IMG/VR virus record: IMGVR_UViG_3300044723_001072
Coordinates: 1 to 30,115 of that record
Length of the DNA stretch: 30,115 bases
Direction: 5' to 3' (one strand)
Source: a virus
Taxonomy: Duplodnaviria > Caudoviricetes
The notes under the pieces are model-generated. The model was not told the DNA's origin and searched no databases. It saw only the letters and a program-made list of their open reading frames with translations. A program made the position numbers and the translations under genes. This document shows, in pieces, positions 1 through 8,272 of the stretch (positions are counted from its first letter, which is position 1; each line of letters opens with the position of its first letter).

Positions 1-62
1 ATACGATAATGGCATTATCTCCAGAGAGGAATATGAAAGAAGATGTTCAGTAATAGGAGTAG

Positions 63-296
63 ATGCCTAAAATGGCTAAACGAATAACAACACAAGAACT
101 CCATAGTGAGATTGAGCAGATCAAAAACAATCACTTGGCACACATAGAGAAGTCCATGGGTATTCTCGAAGACGATGTCAAAGACAACAGAAAATATTTT
201 GAAAGCAGATTAGATCGCCTAGACAATCGTATATGGGGTCTTGTGTTACTCACTATTAGCACATTAGGTGCCACAGTAGCAGGAATGATGTTATAA
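63..296 (+). CDS. Small coiled-coil protein with C-terminal TM helix (XhlA/holin-accessory-like architecture)
   Basis: AGGAG upstream. Heptad region ..RLDRLDNR is followed by hydrophobic IWGLVLLTISTLGATVAGMML. The ORF is conserved in the second copy with many synonymous changes. The start may be 72. Confidence 0.75.
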   Translation: MPKMAKRITTQELHSEIEQIKNNHLAHIEKSMGILEDDVKDNRKYFESRLDRLDNRIWGLVLLTISTLGATVAGMML

Positions 297-601
297 TGCC
301 TGTAGCACCAGCAAATGTAAGAAAAGTAGCCAGAGAGGCACTTGAAATACGAGAAACATTACCTAAAAGTCGTCAGGCAGGCACCCTAGTAGGACTAGCT
401 CGTGCAAATCAATTAGCATCAGGCGAGAACTTATCAGAACAAACACTACTCCGAATGCGTAGTTACTTACTCCGTGCAAGAGAGAACTACAGACAGGCTA
501 AGAGAGCAGGTCTAAACGCAACCAACAGCAAAGCCATTCAGGCATATATGCTATGGGGGTCTACAGCAGGCCTCAGATGGGTTAACAGCCAACTAAGTTA
601 A
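296..601 (+). CDS. Conserved phage hypothetical protein (GTxVGxxRAxQLA...RMxSY...LWG motif)
   Basis: TAATG coupling to the upstream gene and about 97% identity to the second copy. The motif resembles a small helical domain of aquatic phage head-associated proteins. Confidence 0.8.
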   Translation: MPVAPANVRKVAREALEIRETLPKSRQAGTLVGLARANQLASGENLSEQTLLRMRSYLLRARENYRQAKRAGLNATNSKAIQAYMLWGSTAGLRWVNSQLS

Positions 602-656
602 AAAACACTTTATATACAGGTATTTACCTGTTTCCTGCCCTTATTTTAATGAATAA

Positions 657-664
657 GATAAATA
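657..664 (+). promoter_or_regulatory. GATAAATA putative promoter
   Basis: Recurrent intergenic octamer about 30 nt upstream of ATG 695. Confidence 0.65.
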
Positions 665-694
665 ATATTGCACACATTATAAAAGGAGACTATT

Positions 695-1462
695 ATGGGA
701 CAATACAAATCTAGATGGGATATAGGTTCTGGAAAATATAAAGAATACAGACACAGAGATCCAAAAGACACAAAACGTAATTATGTTTACGGACAACAAT
801 CCTTAGAAACACATGCTAAACGTGATGGATTTTACACTAAGTATGGCATTACTAGTGAAGACTTAGCAATAGAAGAAGGTGTTAGTAGCACAGCCTTAAA
901 TATGCGCCATATGAAGTACGGAACAGTATGGCAGAGAAAGGCAAAGCCTACAGAATTAGAAAGATTATTTCATAAAACACAAGTAGAATTAGCACACGAG
1001 TTAGGTGTACATCCAGTAACAATTATGGCTAGATTTAAGAGATACGGCGATCCATACCATGTCAGATATCATATGGTGGAAAATGATGCAGGAGAAAGTG
1101 TCAGATGCAATGGTATAGACTGTAAAAACAAGAACTGCCACAACGGTATATTAGAACATCCTAGCAGAAATAAAACAATGGGTTATACAAAAATATTATT
1201 TCCAGAATGTTCAGACCTGCGTGAAAAAAGAATGGATGCAGTATATGAATATACTATTATGTTTGACAAATATGTTAAAAAGATAGGTGGCATAGAATGG
1301 CATAGTGTAGTAAAGAATAAAAAAGGTGGATATGATCTATATGTAAAACAAATACATGAAGAAGACTTACACTGGACAGAATTATCTAAATATGCAAACA
1401 GCAAGTTCTGGTTGCATGAAAATCATCCGGATTATCCCCATACTGAGAGGGCTGGACTATGA
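695..1462 (+). CDS. Putative DNA-binding protein with tandem HTH-like repeats and a Cys/His module
   Basis: RBS AAGGAG. Two HTH-like segments (SEDLAIEEGVSSTALNMRHMKYG and TQVELAHELGVHPVTIMARFKRYG) and CNGIDCKNKNCH. Confidence 0.7.
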   Translation: MGQYKSRWDIGSGKYKEYRHRDPKDTKRNYVYGQQSLETHAKRDGFYTKYGITSEDLAIEEGVSSTALNMRHMKYGTVWQRKAKPTELERLFHKTQVELAHELGVHPVTIMARFKRYGDPYHVRYHMVENDAGESVRCNGIDCKNKNCHNGILEHPSRNKTMGYTKILFPECSDLREKRMDAVYEYTIMFDKYVKKIGGIEWHSVVKNKKGGYDLYVKQIHEEDLHWTELSKYANSKFWLHENHPDYPHTERAGL

Positions 1463-1980
1463 GCGTATCATATCAGGATATACCTTTACACGAGGATCAG
1501 GGCAAATTTATACAAATACCTTTTAGAGAAAAAACACTTAACAACAGCAAAGCAAGTAAGTATATATACACTCACGCAGAAACAACTGACTTCATTATAG
1601 AAGGATTACAAAGGTTCTGTGCTGAGATACAACAAATGGACCAGGCATTTCCTGATATAACATCATATGTGTACAATCCAGATGGCAACTTGCCACTGAG
1701 CGGCGAATTTAATCACAATATGACTGACAAAAGGAAGGCACCTAATAGTATAATGAGCTATATAGGAGGCATTGTTAGTAACTACTACAGAACAGGCAAA
1801 ACACAGGACTTCAGTAAAAGCCAAATAAAGCATTTGGAAAACATCTGGAATAACACTATAGTACCAGCATTTAACAGTGACTGGAGTTCAGTAAACCCTA
1901 AATTGTTTGAGAATGGCTTTAATTACAAAACAAACACAGCCAATGAACCAATCAAACCAATACGTTTTAGAAGGTATTGA
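1459..1980 (+). CDS. Hypothetical protein
   Basis: 173-aa ORF with ATGA overlap with the upstream stop. Confidence 0.75.
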   Translation: MSVSYQDIPLHEDQGKFIQIPFREKTLNNSKASKYIYTHAETTDFIIEGLQRFCAEIQQMDQAFPDITSYVYNPDGNLPLSGEFNHNMTDKRKAPNSIMSYIGGIVSNYYRTGKTQDFSKSQIKHLENIWNNTIVPAFNSDWSSVNPKLFENGFNYKTNTANEPIKPIRFRRY

Positions 1981-1986
1981 TAAATA
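1979..1986 (+). promoter_or_regulatory. GATAAATA putative promoter for the non-coding element
   Basis: The octamer lies 3 nt before the first stem (1990). Confidence 0.6.
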
Positions 1987-1989
1987 TAA

Positions 1990-2541
1990 TTGAGCAGGCA
2001 ACAAGTAGCATAACTATTATGGTCTCCAAACGATAATATATGTCTGCTCAACTTATGGCAACTACATCATGGCAAAAACACAGAACCCTACAGGAATAAT
2101 ATATAACGCATAGGTTTGTCAGCCTTTATATTATTACTACATAACCGACCGGTTAAATGCCTAGCGAAAAGCGACAGCACCCGTAAACACTAAGACACCT
2201 CCACCGCACCCGATGACAGCGGTTTAACAAGAGGTTAAGTATTAGTATAGTGTACAGTTATACACAAACCGCACTGACATAAACAGAGTATATACAAGGT
2301 AACGAAATACTCAATGCAATAGCATACCGCTGTAGGTTGGAGATAGTAGCAAGATCCATTGTCAATAGTGTAAAATACCTACTCCGATCTAGGCTGTGAC
2401 AACTCACATCAAGAGGATGGAATCTTAAAATAGGTTCCGTCTGACCGAAACAATCTACATCAAGTTAAAATAATCTTGTTTATAAAATGTTTTCCGAAGT
2501 CCGCTAAGGACTGAGGAATCGGTAAATGCGAAGCATTTGCT
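1990..2541 (+). ncRNA. Candidate large structured RNA (or structured origin), family unknown
   Basis: A 580-nt gap without an ORF in a gene-dense genome. It has more than 12 stems, several needing G-U pairs on the + strand (1990-2000/2041-2051, 2415-2424/2433-2442), and a long-range pair 2159-2164/2389-2394. Confidence 0.65.
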
Positions 2542-2562
2542 AGAAGAACATTAAATAGATAC

Positions 2563-2862
2563 ATGGAAGTAACACCTGAGCAAAGAAATACATTACTAAG
2601 TCAGAAGAGAACAGCCGATCATATATTTAGATGGGTATATGATGTTCTAAATAGTGACAAGATATCAGTTAAGCAATACAATGTTCTGATTAAAATACAC
2701 GATATGACTGTTATGGATCAGGCCGGATATATTATACATGAAGATACACTATATCCAGTACCCAGAAAGGTAAAGAAGTATCAGAAAACAACATTAGGCT
2801 GGAAAGTAATGAATCGCTTTACAGCACCTTATGGCCAAGCCAAAAGACGCAAAAAGGAATAA
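2563..2862 (+). CDS. Hypothetical basic protein
   Basis: 99-aa ORF filling the space before the methyltransferase. The RBS is weak. Confidence 0.65.
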   Translation: MEVTPEQRNTLLSQKRTADHIFRWVYDVLNSDKISVKQYNVLIKIHDMTVMDQAGYIIHEDTLYPVPRKVKKYQKTTLGWKVMNRFTAPYGQAKRRKKE

Positions 2863-4120
2863 ACCCATAATGCTACATACATTTGCAGATTTATTAAACA
2901 GCATACAGTTACAATCGGTAGATTACAAAACATTTCGCAAACAGATAAGCATACTGGATATATCAGATACTTCAGGAACATTTAGTACTAAAAGCAATAT
3001 AGACGATTTTATAGCCAGGGTATCTCGCACAGACAACAGAGCAGAACTACTAGAGCAATATTGTGAAAAAATGTATCAGATATTAGTTACAGATGCAGAA
3101 GCAAGTCTCACAGAATTCTATACCAGATATGCTGAACTAAAACAACCAATAGATTACTATTTTGACTTACCTGCAGGTAATTGTTTAACAGGTGATACAT
3201 TTATGGGTATGACTAACAGTAAGTATGGTAGAGTATGTAAAAATATAAATTTTGATGACTTTTATAATACTAAAAAGTTATACAGTAATGATAGTCAGTA
3301 TGTGTTTGGACTCATAAAGGTTATGTATGAACAGTTCCACATCAGAAACAGTCTGGTAGGGCCTGCTTTCTTTGATCATATAATAAACACAGAAGCAGAT
3401 TATGGGCAATTTTGGTTAGACTTCTGGATAGGAGCCAACAAGGCTAGTATCTTTAATCCATACACATTCAAGAGCATATTAGATACAGAATTTACAGGAG
3501 ATGTATTGTTTAGTCCCTGTATGGGCTGGAACGCATATCAGTTAGGCTTTTATAATAGTGAATTCAATCATCATATAGCAACAGATGTTATACCAGGAGT
3601 AGTAGATAATGCAGAACAATTACATAAATTATACAGTAAATACCATAAAAACAACACTTACAACACATACTTTACACCTAATAAAACAGTAGACTACTAT
3701 CTGTGCCCCAGTGAACAATTAGATGCCAGGCATAATTTTATACAAAAATACCAGAATAGTGTAGATGCAGTATTGTTTTGTCCTCCTTATTTTGATTTAG
3801 AACTATATCCAGGTTCAGAACAAAGTACAGAAACATTTCCTGAGTATGCAGATTGGTTATCAGGATATTGGGAAGAAACAGTTAAATTATGTGTGAATGT
3901 CATGAAACCAGGCGCAAAATTAGGCTTTATAATAAGCAATTACAGAAATCACAACAAGCAGGATACCACTATAAGTCAGGACATGAAACAGATAGCAGAT
4001 AAGCATTTAGAATACAATAAGCATATGAAAGTCAGATGGAGTGGGCTGTCTAGTAGCAGACAGGCACATAAACAAAGAGCAGGTAACTATGAAGACCTCT
4101 GGATTTACCAAAAAGGATAA
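2831..4120 (+). CDS. SAM-dependent DNA amino-methyltransferase (m6A/m4C type)
   Basis: Motif I-like VLFSPCMGW precedes motif IV-like FCPPYF, followed by VMKPGAKLGFII. The true start may be ATG 2870. Confidence 0.75.
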   Translation: MAKPKDAKRNKPIMLHTFADLLNSIQLQSVDYKTFRKQISILDISDTSGTFSTKSNIDDFIARVSRTDNRAELLEQYCEKMYQILVTDAEASLTEFYTRYAELKQPIDYYFDLPAGNCLTGDTFMGMTNSKYGRVCKNINFDDFYNTKKLYSNDSQYVFGLIKVMYEQFHIRNSLVGPAFFDHIINTEADYGQFWLDFWIGANKASIFNPYTFKSILDTEFTGDVLFSPCMGWNAYQLGFYNSEFNHHIATDVIPGVVDNAEQLHKLYSKYHKNNTYNTYFTPNKTVDYYLCPSEQLDARHNFIQKYQNSVDAVLFCPPYFDLELYPGSEQSTETFPEYADWLSGYWEETVKLCVNVMKPGAKLGFIISNYRNHNKQDTTISQDMKQIADKHLEYNKHMKVRWSGLSSSRQAHKQRAGNYEDLWIYQKG

Positions 4121-4124
4121 ATAG
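4111..4124 (+). promoter_or_regulatory. AAAAGGATAAATAG putative late promoter (packaging operon)
   Basis: Identical 14-mer at 9237 and 22643. Confidence 0.75.
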
Positions 4125-4164
4125 ATATACGCAAACAGTAGCGACGATACTGACTATACAGGAG

Positions 4165-4569
4165 ATGCCAATGTCAACTGAAGATAAAGCACAAAAAACA
4201 CCATACAAAGTTACCAATATAAAATACGGCGAGAAAACAGTCAGAGGACGTATGATTGGCAGAGCTAAAACCGTAATACCAGAAGAACAGGTATTAGAAC
4301 TAAGTAAATTACATTGCACATCAAAAGAAATGTCCGAGTTCTTTGACGTGCCATTAAGTACCTTCACGGACAACTTCCGCGATATAATCACAAAGGGTCG
4401 TCTGGAAACGAAACAGAGACTCAGAGCCGCACAATTAAAGTTGGCCCTCAACGGTGACAGGACATTGCTTATATGGTTAGGCAAGAATATCCTGGGTCAG
4501 ATGGATCAACCGATAAATACTACTGAGGACAAAGTCCTCCCATGGTTAGAAGAATCTGGTGAATCCTAA
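4165..4569 (+). CDS. terS: Terminase small subunit
   Basis: HTH-like region (TSKEMSEFFDVPLSTF) and the typical ending GDRTLLIWLGKNILGQMD. It lies upstream of TerL. ATG 4171 is better spaced from AGGAG. Confidence 0.8.
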   Translation: MPMSTEDKAQKTPYKVTNIKYGEKTVRGRMIGRAKTVIPEEQVLELSKLHCTSKEMSEFFDVPLSTFTDNFRDIITKGRLETKQRLRAAQLKLALNGDRTLLIWLGKNILGQMDQPINTTEDKVLPWLEESGES

Positions 4570-4637
4570 AACGCATAGCAATATGCCGTTCTAATGATAG
4601 TTGCCAAACATGTTCAATCAGCAGATTATTCTATTAA

Positions 4638-4681
4638 GACAGGGCACCATTACCCCGGTGCCCAGTCACTTTTAGGGGTAA
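4638..4681 (+). promoter_or_regulatory. Putative H-type pseudoknot sequestering the methyltransferase RBS
   Basis: GGGCACC 4642-4648 pairs with GGTGCCC 4657-4663. Loop TTACCCC 4650-4656 pairs with GGGGTAA 4675-4681. ATG is at 4686. Confidence 0.6.
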
Positions 4682-4685
4682 AGAT

Positions 4686-6029
4686 ATGCAGAATAAAGTT
4701 ATACAGGGAAACAATATAGATATCCTTAAGGGATATCCAGACAATCATTTTGACAGCATCGTCACAGATCCACCATATGGCATAGACTTTCTACAAAAAG
4801 ACTGGGATAGTAACACTGGTGCAGTAGAGACCTGGGCAGAGTGCTACAGAGTATTAAAGCCAGGCGGACATATACTGGCATTTAGCGCCGCAAGAACATA
4901 TCACAACCTAGCCACAAACATAGAAGGTGTAGGATTCGAGATCAGAGATCAATTGATGTGGTTGTATGCATCAGGATTTCCCAAAGCACAGGATGTGGGC
5001 AAGGCTATAGAACGCAGAGAAGGAAAAAGACAAAAACATAATATAAAGGACAGCAGACCAGATTATAGTGTGCATCCTAAAACCCATTGTCCTGTGTGTA
5101 ATTTAACTGGTAATGGCACTAACTGGCAAAAATGCGAGAAAGCAGAATGTCCGCAAAAAGAAATACCCTGTGAAAACGAATGGGCAGGTTGGAAAACAGC
5201 ACTTAAACCAGCACACGAACCCATAGTAATGGCCCGTAAGCCATTTCGGGGCAGTTGTGTAGACAATGTGTTAACACACGGTGTAGGAGCCTTAAACATA
5301 GATGCTACTAGGGTAGGTAAAGAAGTTACAGTTATAATGGGTGCTTCAAATACATACCATAAAGCACAACAAATGAATGACGAAGGAAATTATGAAAAAA
5401 ATAATATATCTATAGTTAAAGATAATCCTAATGTAGGCAGGTTCCCATCAAATGTGTTAGGAGAAGTTACAGACTATCAGAAGTTCTTCTATTGTCCTAA
5501 AGTAAGCCGTGCAGAGAGACATATAGGATTCGAAGCACCAGAACCAGAACCATTTAACAATCCAGAAGAGATGAAAAAACATCCACTATGGGATCCTAGC
5601 ATAGGCACAAACAGCCACAGGTTAATGAATAAAATTAGAGAGCATCAGGAAAAGAATCCTCTTGCTCATATACCCACAAATCCTGATGGTATGTTAACAG
5701 GATTCTATGAAAATGGTGAAAGTAATGAAACAGGTAGCAGTTATATAAACAAGCCTAAAGGTGCAGGAAACAACCACCCTACGGTAAAGCCTGTAGCACT
5801 TATGAAGTATCTGGTTAAATTGGTGACACCAGCAGGTGGTAAAGTGTTAGATCCATTTACAGGATCAGGTAGTACAGGTATGGCATGTATAGAACTAGAT
5901 TATAATTTCACAGGATGCGAACTGGATCCAGACTATGTGGATATAGCAAATGCCAGAATAACAGCCTGGAAAGCCAAAACAGATTTACAGAACAATCCAT
6001 TGCCTACAGAATGGTTTACAGAAGAATGA
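4686..6029 (+). CDS. DNA methyltransferase, beta class (N6A/N4C)
   Basis: IVTDPPYG near the N-terminus, LKPAHEPI, HPTVKP, and VLDPFTGSGSTG near the C-terminus. Confidence 0.93.
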   Translation: MQNKVIQGNNIDILKGYPDNHFDSIVTDPPYGIDFLQKDWDSNTGAVETWAECYRVLKPGGHILAFSAARTYHNLATNIEGVGFEIRDQLMWLYASGFPKAQDVGKAIERREGKRQKHNIKDSRPDYSVHPKTHCPVCNLTGNGTNWQKCEKAECPQKEIPCENEWAGWKTALKPAHEPIVMARKPFRGSCVDNVLTHGVGALNIDATRVGKEVTVIMGASNTYHKAQQMNDEGNYEKNNISIVKDNPNVGRFPSNVLGEVTDYQKFFYCPKVSRAERHIGFEAPEPEPFNNPEEMKKHPLWDPSIGTNSHRLMNKIREHQEKNPLAHIPTNPDGMLTGFYENGESNETGSSYINKPKGAGNNHPTVKPVALMKYLVKLVTPAGGKVLDPFTGSGSTGMACIELDYNFTGCELDPDYVDIANARITAWKAKTDLQNNPLPTEWFTEE

Positions 6030-7255
6030 AGTTAACAGATATACAATCCAAAATCTTAAATAATCAGACCAGATTTGTCGTTTTAGTTGCCGGACGTCGC
6101 TTCTCAAAAACCTTCATTGCAATCAATTCATTAGCCAAACATGCCAGACATCCTGGTAAAAAGTGTATGTATGTTGCCCCCACATACAGAATGGCCCGCC
6201 AAATAGCCTGGGAAGACTGTAAATCCATGCTGAGAGAACGTAACTGGATTAAGAAAATTAATGAAAGTAATTTGGAAATAACATTAATAAATGGCAGTAT
6301 GATAATGATGCGTAGTGCTGACAACAAAGACAGTATACGTGGTATAGGTTTAGACTATGTGGTTATAGATGAAGCCGCTGATATACCCGGACTACAGGAA
6401 ACCTGGCAAGCCGTAATACGTCCTACATTATCCGATAGAGAAGGCCATGCAATGATCATAGGCACACCCAAGGGCAAAGGATTCCTATTTGATTTGTTTA
6501 ACACAGCCAAAACATCAGAAGACTGGATAAGTTATCAGTATACCACAGCACAAGGTGGACAAGTATCAGAAGACGAATTAGCTCAAGCCAGAAGAGATCT
6601 AGACGAAAGAACCTACAGACAGGAATTTGAGGCTGGCTGGGTGGAATTTGCCGGCAGTATTTACTATTCTTTTGGAGATCATAACTTAATTACAAAGTCA
6701 GTACCATTACAGCAGGGTACACCTATACAAGTAGGAATGGACTTTAACGTTTCACCAATATGTGCTGTATTGGCCTACAAAACAATGGCTGGCTTACATA
6801 TATTCGATGAGATAGAGATATACGGATCAGACACACAGGAAATGTGCAACGAAATACGCCAGAGATACCCAGACCAACGTTTTATAGCATACCCAGATGC
6901 AAGTGGCGCCAGAAGGCAAACCAGTAGCGGAGGATTGAGCGATCACATTATAATAAAGAATGCTGGCTTTAAATTAGTATGTGGCAGTCGTAATCCGCCA
7001 GTTAAAGACCGTATAGCAAGTGTAAATAGTGTATGCAAACAGGATAATATTAGATTGACAATAGACCCAAAGTGTGCTAAAGTTATTAATGGCTTGAGAA
7101 AGCATACATATAAAGAAGGTACCAGACAACCAGAAAAGGATGGAGCAGTAGACTTCAGTCACTTTAATGATGCACTAGGATATATGATATATGCTAACTA
7201 TCCAGTTAGACCAGATGTAAAACAAACATATGGCAGAGTAAGTAGAACATTATAG
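6026..7255 (+). CDS. terL: Terminase large subunit
   Basis: ATG 6026 overlaps the MTase stop (ATGA). Walker A-like AGRRFSKT, Walker B VVIDEAA, GTPKG, nuclease GMDFN and HFNDALGY. Confidence 0.95.
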   Translation: MKLTDIQSKILNNQTRFVVLVAGRRFSKTFIAINSLAKHARHPGKKCMYVAPTYRMARQIAWEDCKSMLRERNWIKKINESNLEITLINGSMIMMRSADNKDSIRGIGLDYVVIDEAADIPGLQETWQAVIRPTLSDREGHAMIIGTPKGKGFLFDLFNTAKTSEDWISYQYTTAQGGQVSEDELAQARRDLDERTYRQEFEAGWVEFAGSIYYSFGDHNLITKSVPLQQGTPIQVGMDFNVSPICAVLAYKTMAGLHIFDEIEIYGSDTQEMCNEIRQRYPDQRFIAYPDASGARRQTSSGGLSDHIIIKNAGFKLVCGSRNPPVKDRIASVNSVCKQDNIRLTIDPKCAKVINGLRKHTYKEGTRQPEKDGAVDFSHFNDALGYMIYANYPVRPDVKQTYGRVSRTL

Positions 7256-7264
7256 GAGTTAAAA

Positions 7265-7435
7265 ATGGCAAATGTACACTATGTAATAAAAGTAATAGAA
7301 CCTGACAAAGAATACTTAAAAACATTTATAGATCACAACTTAGATAACTGTAGACAATTAGCACAGGAATATCTGTGGAATTGTCCAGCAGAAACAAAAT
7401 ACATTTATGTAGCAACCAGGATAAAAAATGATTAA
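7265..7435 (+). CDS. 56-aa hypothetical protein (not in ORF track)
   Basis: AGGAG RBS. MANVHYVIKVIEPDKEYLKTF...RIKND fills the gap exactly. Confidence 0.7.
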   Translation: MANVHYVIKVIEPDKEYLKTFIDHNLDNCRQLAQEYLWNCPAETKYIYVATRIKND

Positions 7436-7664
7436 ACAACCATATAAAGTGTGGGACAGACAAAGTCAGAGTATGACACAATATACACCTAAAAAATTAT
7501 ACAAGATAGTGGTAGAATATCCTATCACAAACAGAACACTGGAATTTATAGGTATGGACAGAGGTTCGTGCATAATGCAGGCAGAAGTACACAAAGAAGT
7601 AGATGATATCATGATGATGGCATCAGAAGAAGAAATTACATTATATAACAAGGAGAAAATATGA
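7428..7664 (+). CDS. Hypothetical protein
   Basis: 78 aa, overlapping both neighbours, with AGGA upstream. Confidence 0.65.
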   Translation: MIKQPYKVWDRQSQSMTQYTPKKLYKIVVEYPITNRTLEFIGMDRGSCIMQAEVHKEVDDIMMMASEEEITLYNKEKI

Positions 7665-7846
7665 AATTACCAGAATATATGACAAAAGAGAGTACGCACA
7701 CAACTATAGGCGTAAACACAATGAGCCTGATAGGGTTAAGCCTTATGTGGGGACATATGACAGATATGATATCACTATGGTTCTTACCGCTCACAATTAT
7801 AACATTATTAGCAGGATTCGGTAACGAGATCCGTAAGAGGGATTAA
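7661..7846 (+). CDS. Small two-TM membrane protein (holin-like candidate)
   Basis: AAGGAG RBS, two hydrophobic stretches and a basic C-terminus (IRKRD). Confidence 0.65.
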   Translation: MKLPEYMTKESTHTTIGVNTMSLIGLSLMWGHMTDMISLWFLPLTIITLLAGFGNEIRKRD

Positions 7847-7848
7847 GT

Positions 7849-8109
7849 ATGGACGAATTTACAAGAAAGTCTACACAACATATGGATCAGAAATTGGTAA
7901 AACAAGCAATTAAGGCTATAGATAAGTCCCCAGAACTTAAAAAGATCAGAAGTATCAAGGACGGTATGAGCTATAGTGAGATTAATTCAGGTGTAAACGA
8001 CCAGCAATATAAAGATAACTATGATAAAATAACCTGGAATAAGGATAAACCTAAACCTAAATTTAAAGTCAGAGTAAATGGCAAGGTAGTTAATGATGAA
8101 GAAGAGTAA
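7849..8109 (+). CDS. Hypothetical protein (YKDNYDKI motif)
   Basis: 86 aa with GAGGG RBS. Confidence 0.65.
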   Translation: MDEFTRKSTQHMDQKLVKQAIKAIDKSPELKKIRSIKDGMSYSEINSGVNDQQYKDNYDKITWNKDKPKPKFKVRVNGKVVNDEEE

Positions 8110-8272
8110 TTGGCACGGCGGCAAGGGCAGTGGCAGACGCAGTAGTCAGGACGACAGCAAATATTCAGATAATTGGGAAACAATATTTGGTAAAAGCAGA
8201 CCTAACATAAACACCAGAAACAAGGAAGTAAAAAATGGCAAAAACAAAACAGGAAACAGTACAGACAAATAA
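8093..8272 (+). CDS. 59-aa small phage protein with HGGKGS...YxDNWExIFGK motif (not in ORF track)
   Basis: MMKKSNWHGGKGSGRRSSQDDSKYSDNWETIFGK... with AAGGT upstream. It fills the gap between ORFs. Confidence 0.7.
   Translation: MMKKSNWHGGKGSGRRSSQDDSKYSDNWETIFGKSRPNINTRNKEVKNGKNKTGNSTDK

Larger units (their letters stand above)
1..1055 (+). repeat. Terminal repeat copy A (divergent allele of 28663-30115)
   Basis: 1-80 is identical to 28663-28742 and 929-1055 is identical to 29989-30115. The sequence in between is homologous but divergent. Confidence 0.95.

Noticed and set aside
2441-2520. Hammerhead ribozyme (CTGACCGAAAC, CTGAGGA)
   Set aside because: The CUGAnGA and GAAA elements are not in the right order with a stem II between them.
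1990-2541. Group I/II intron, tmRNA, RNase P, tRNA or retron msr-msd
   Set aside because: I found no recognisable catalytic-core consensus, tag peptide or T-loop. The flanking ORFs are complete and there is no reverse transcriptase.
5915-6025. N-terminal extension of TerL in the ORF track
   Set aside because: It overlaps the MTase. ATG 6026, with ATGA coupling, gives a normal TerL start.
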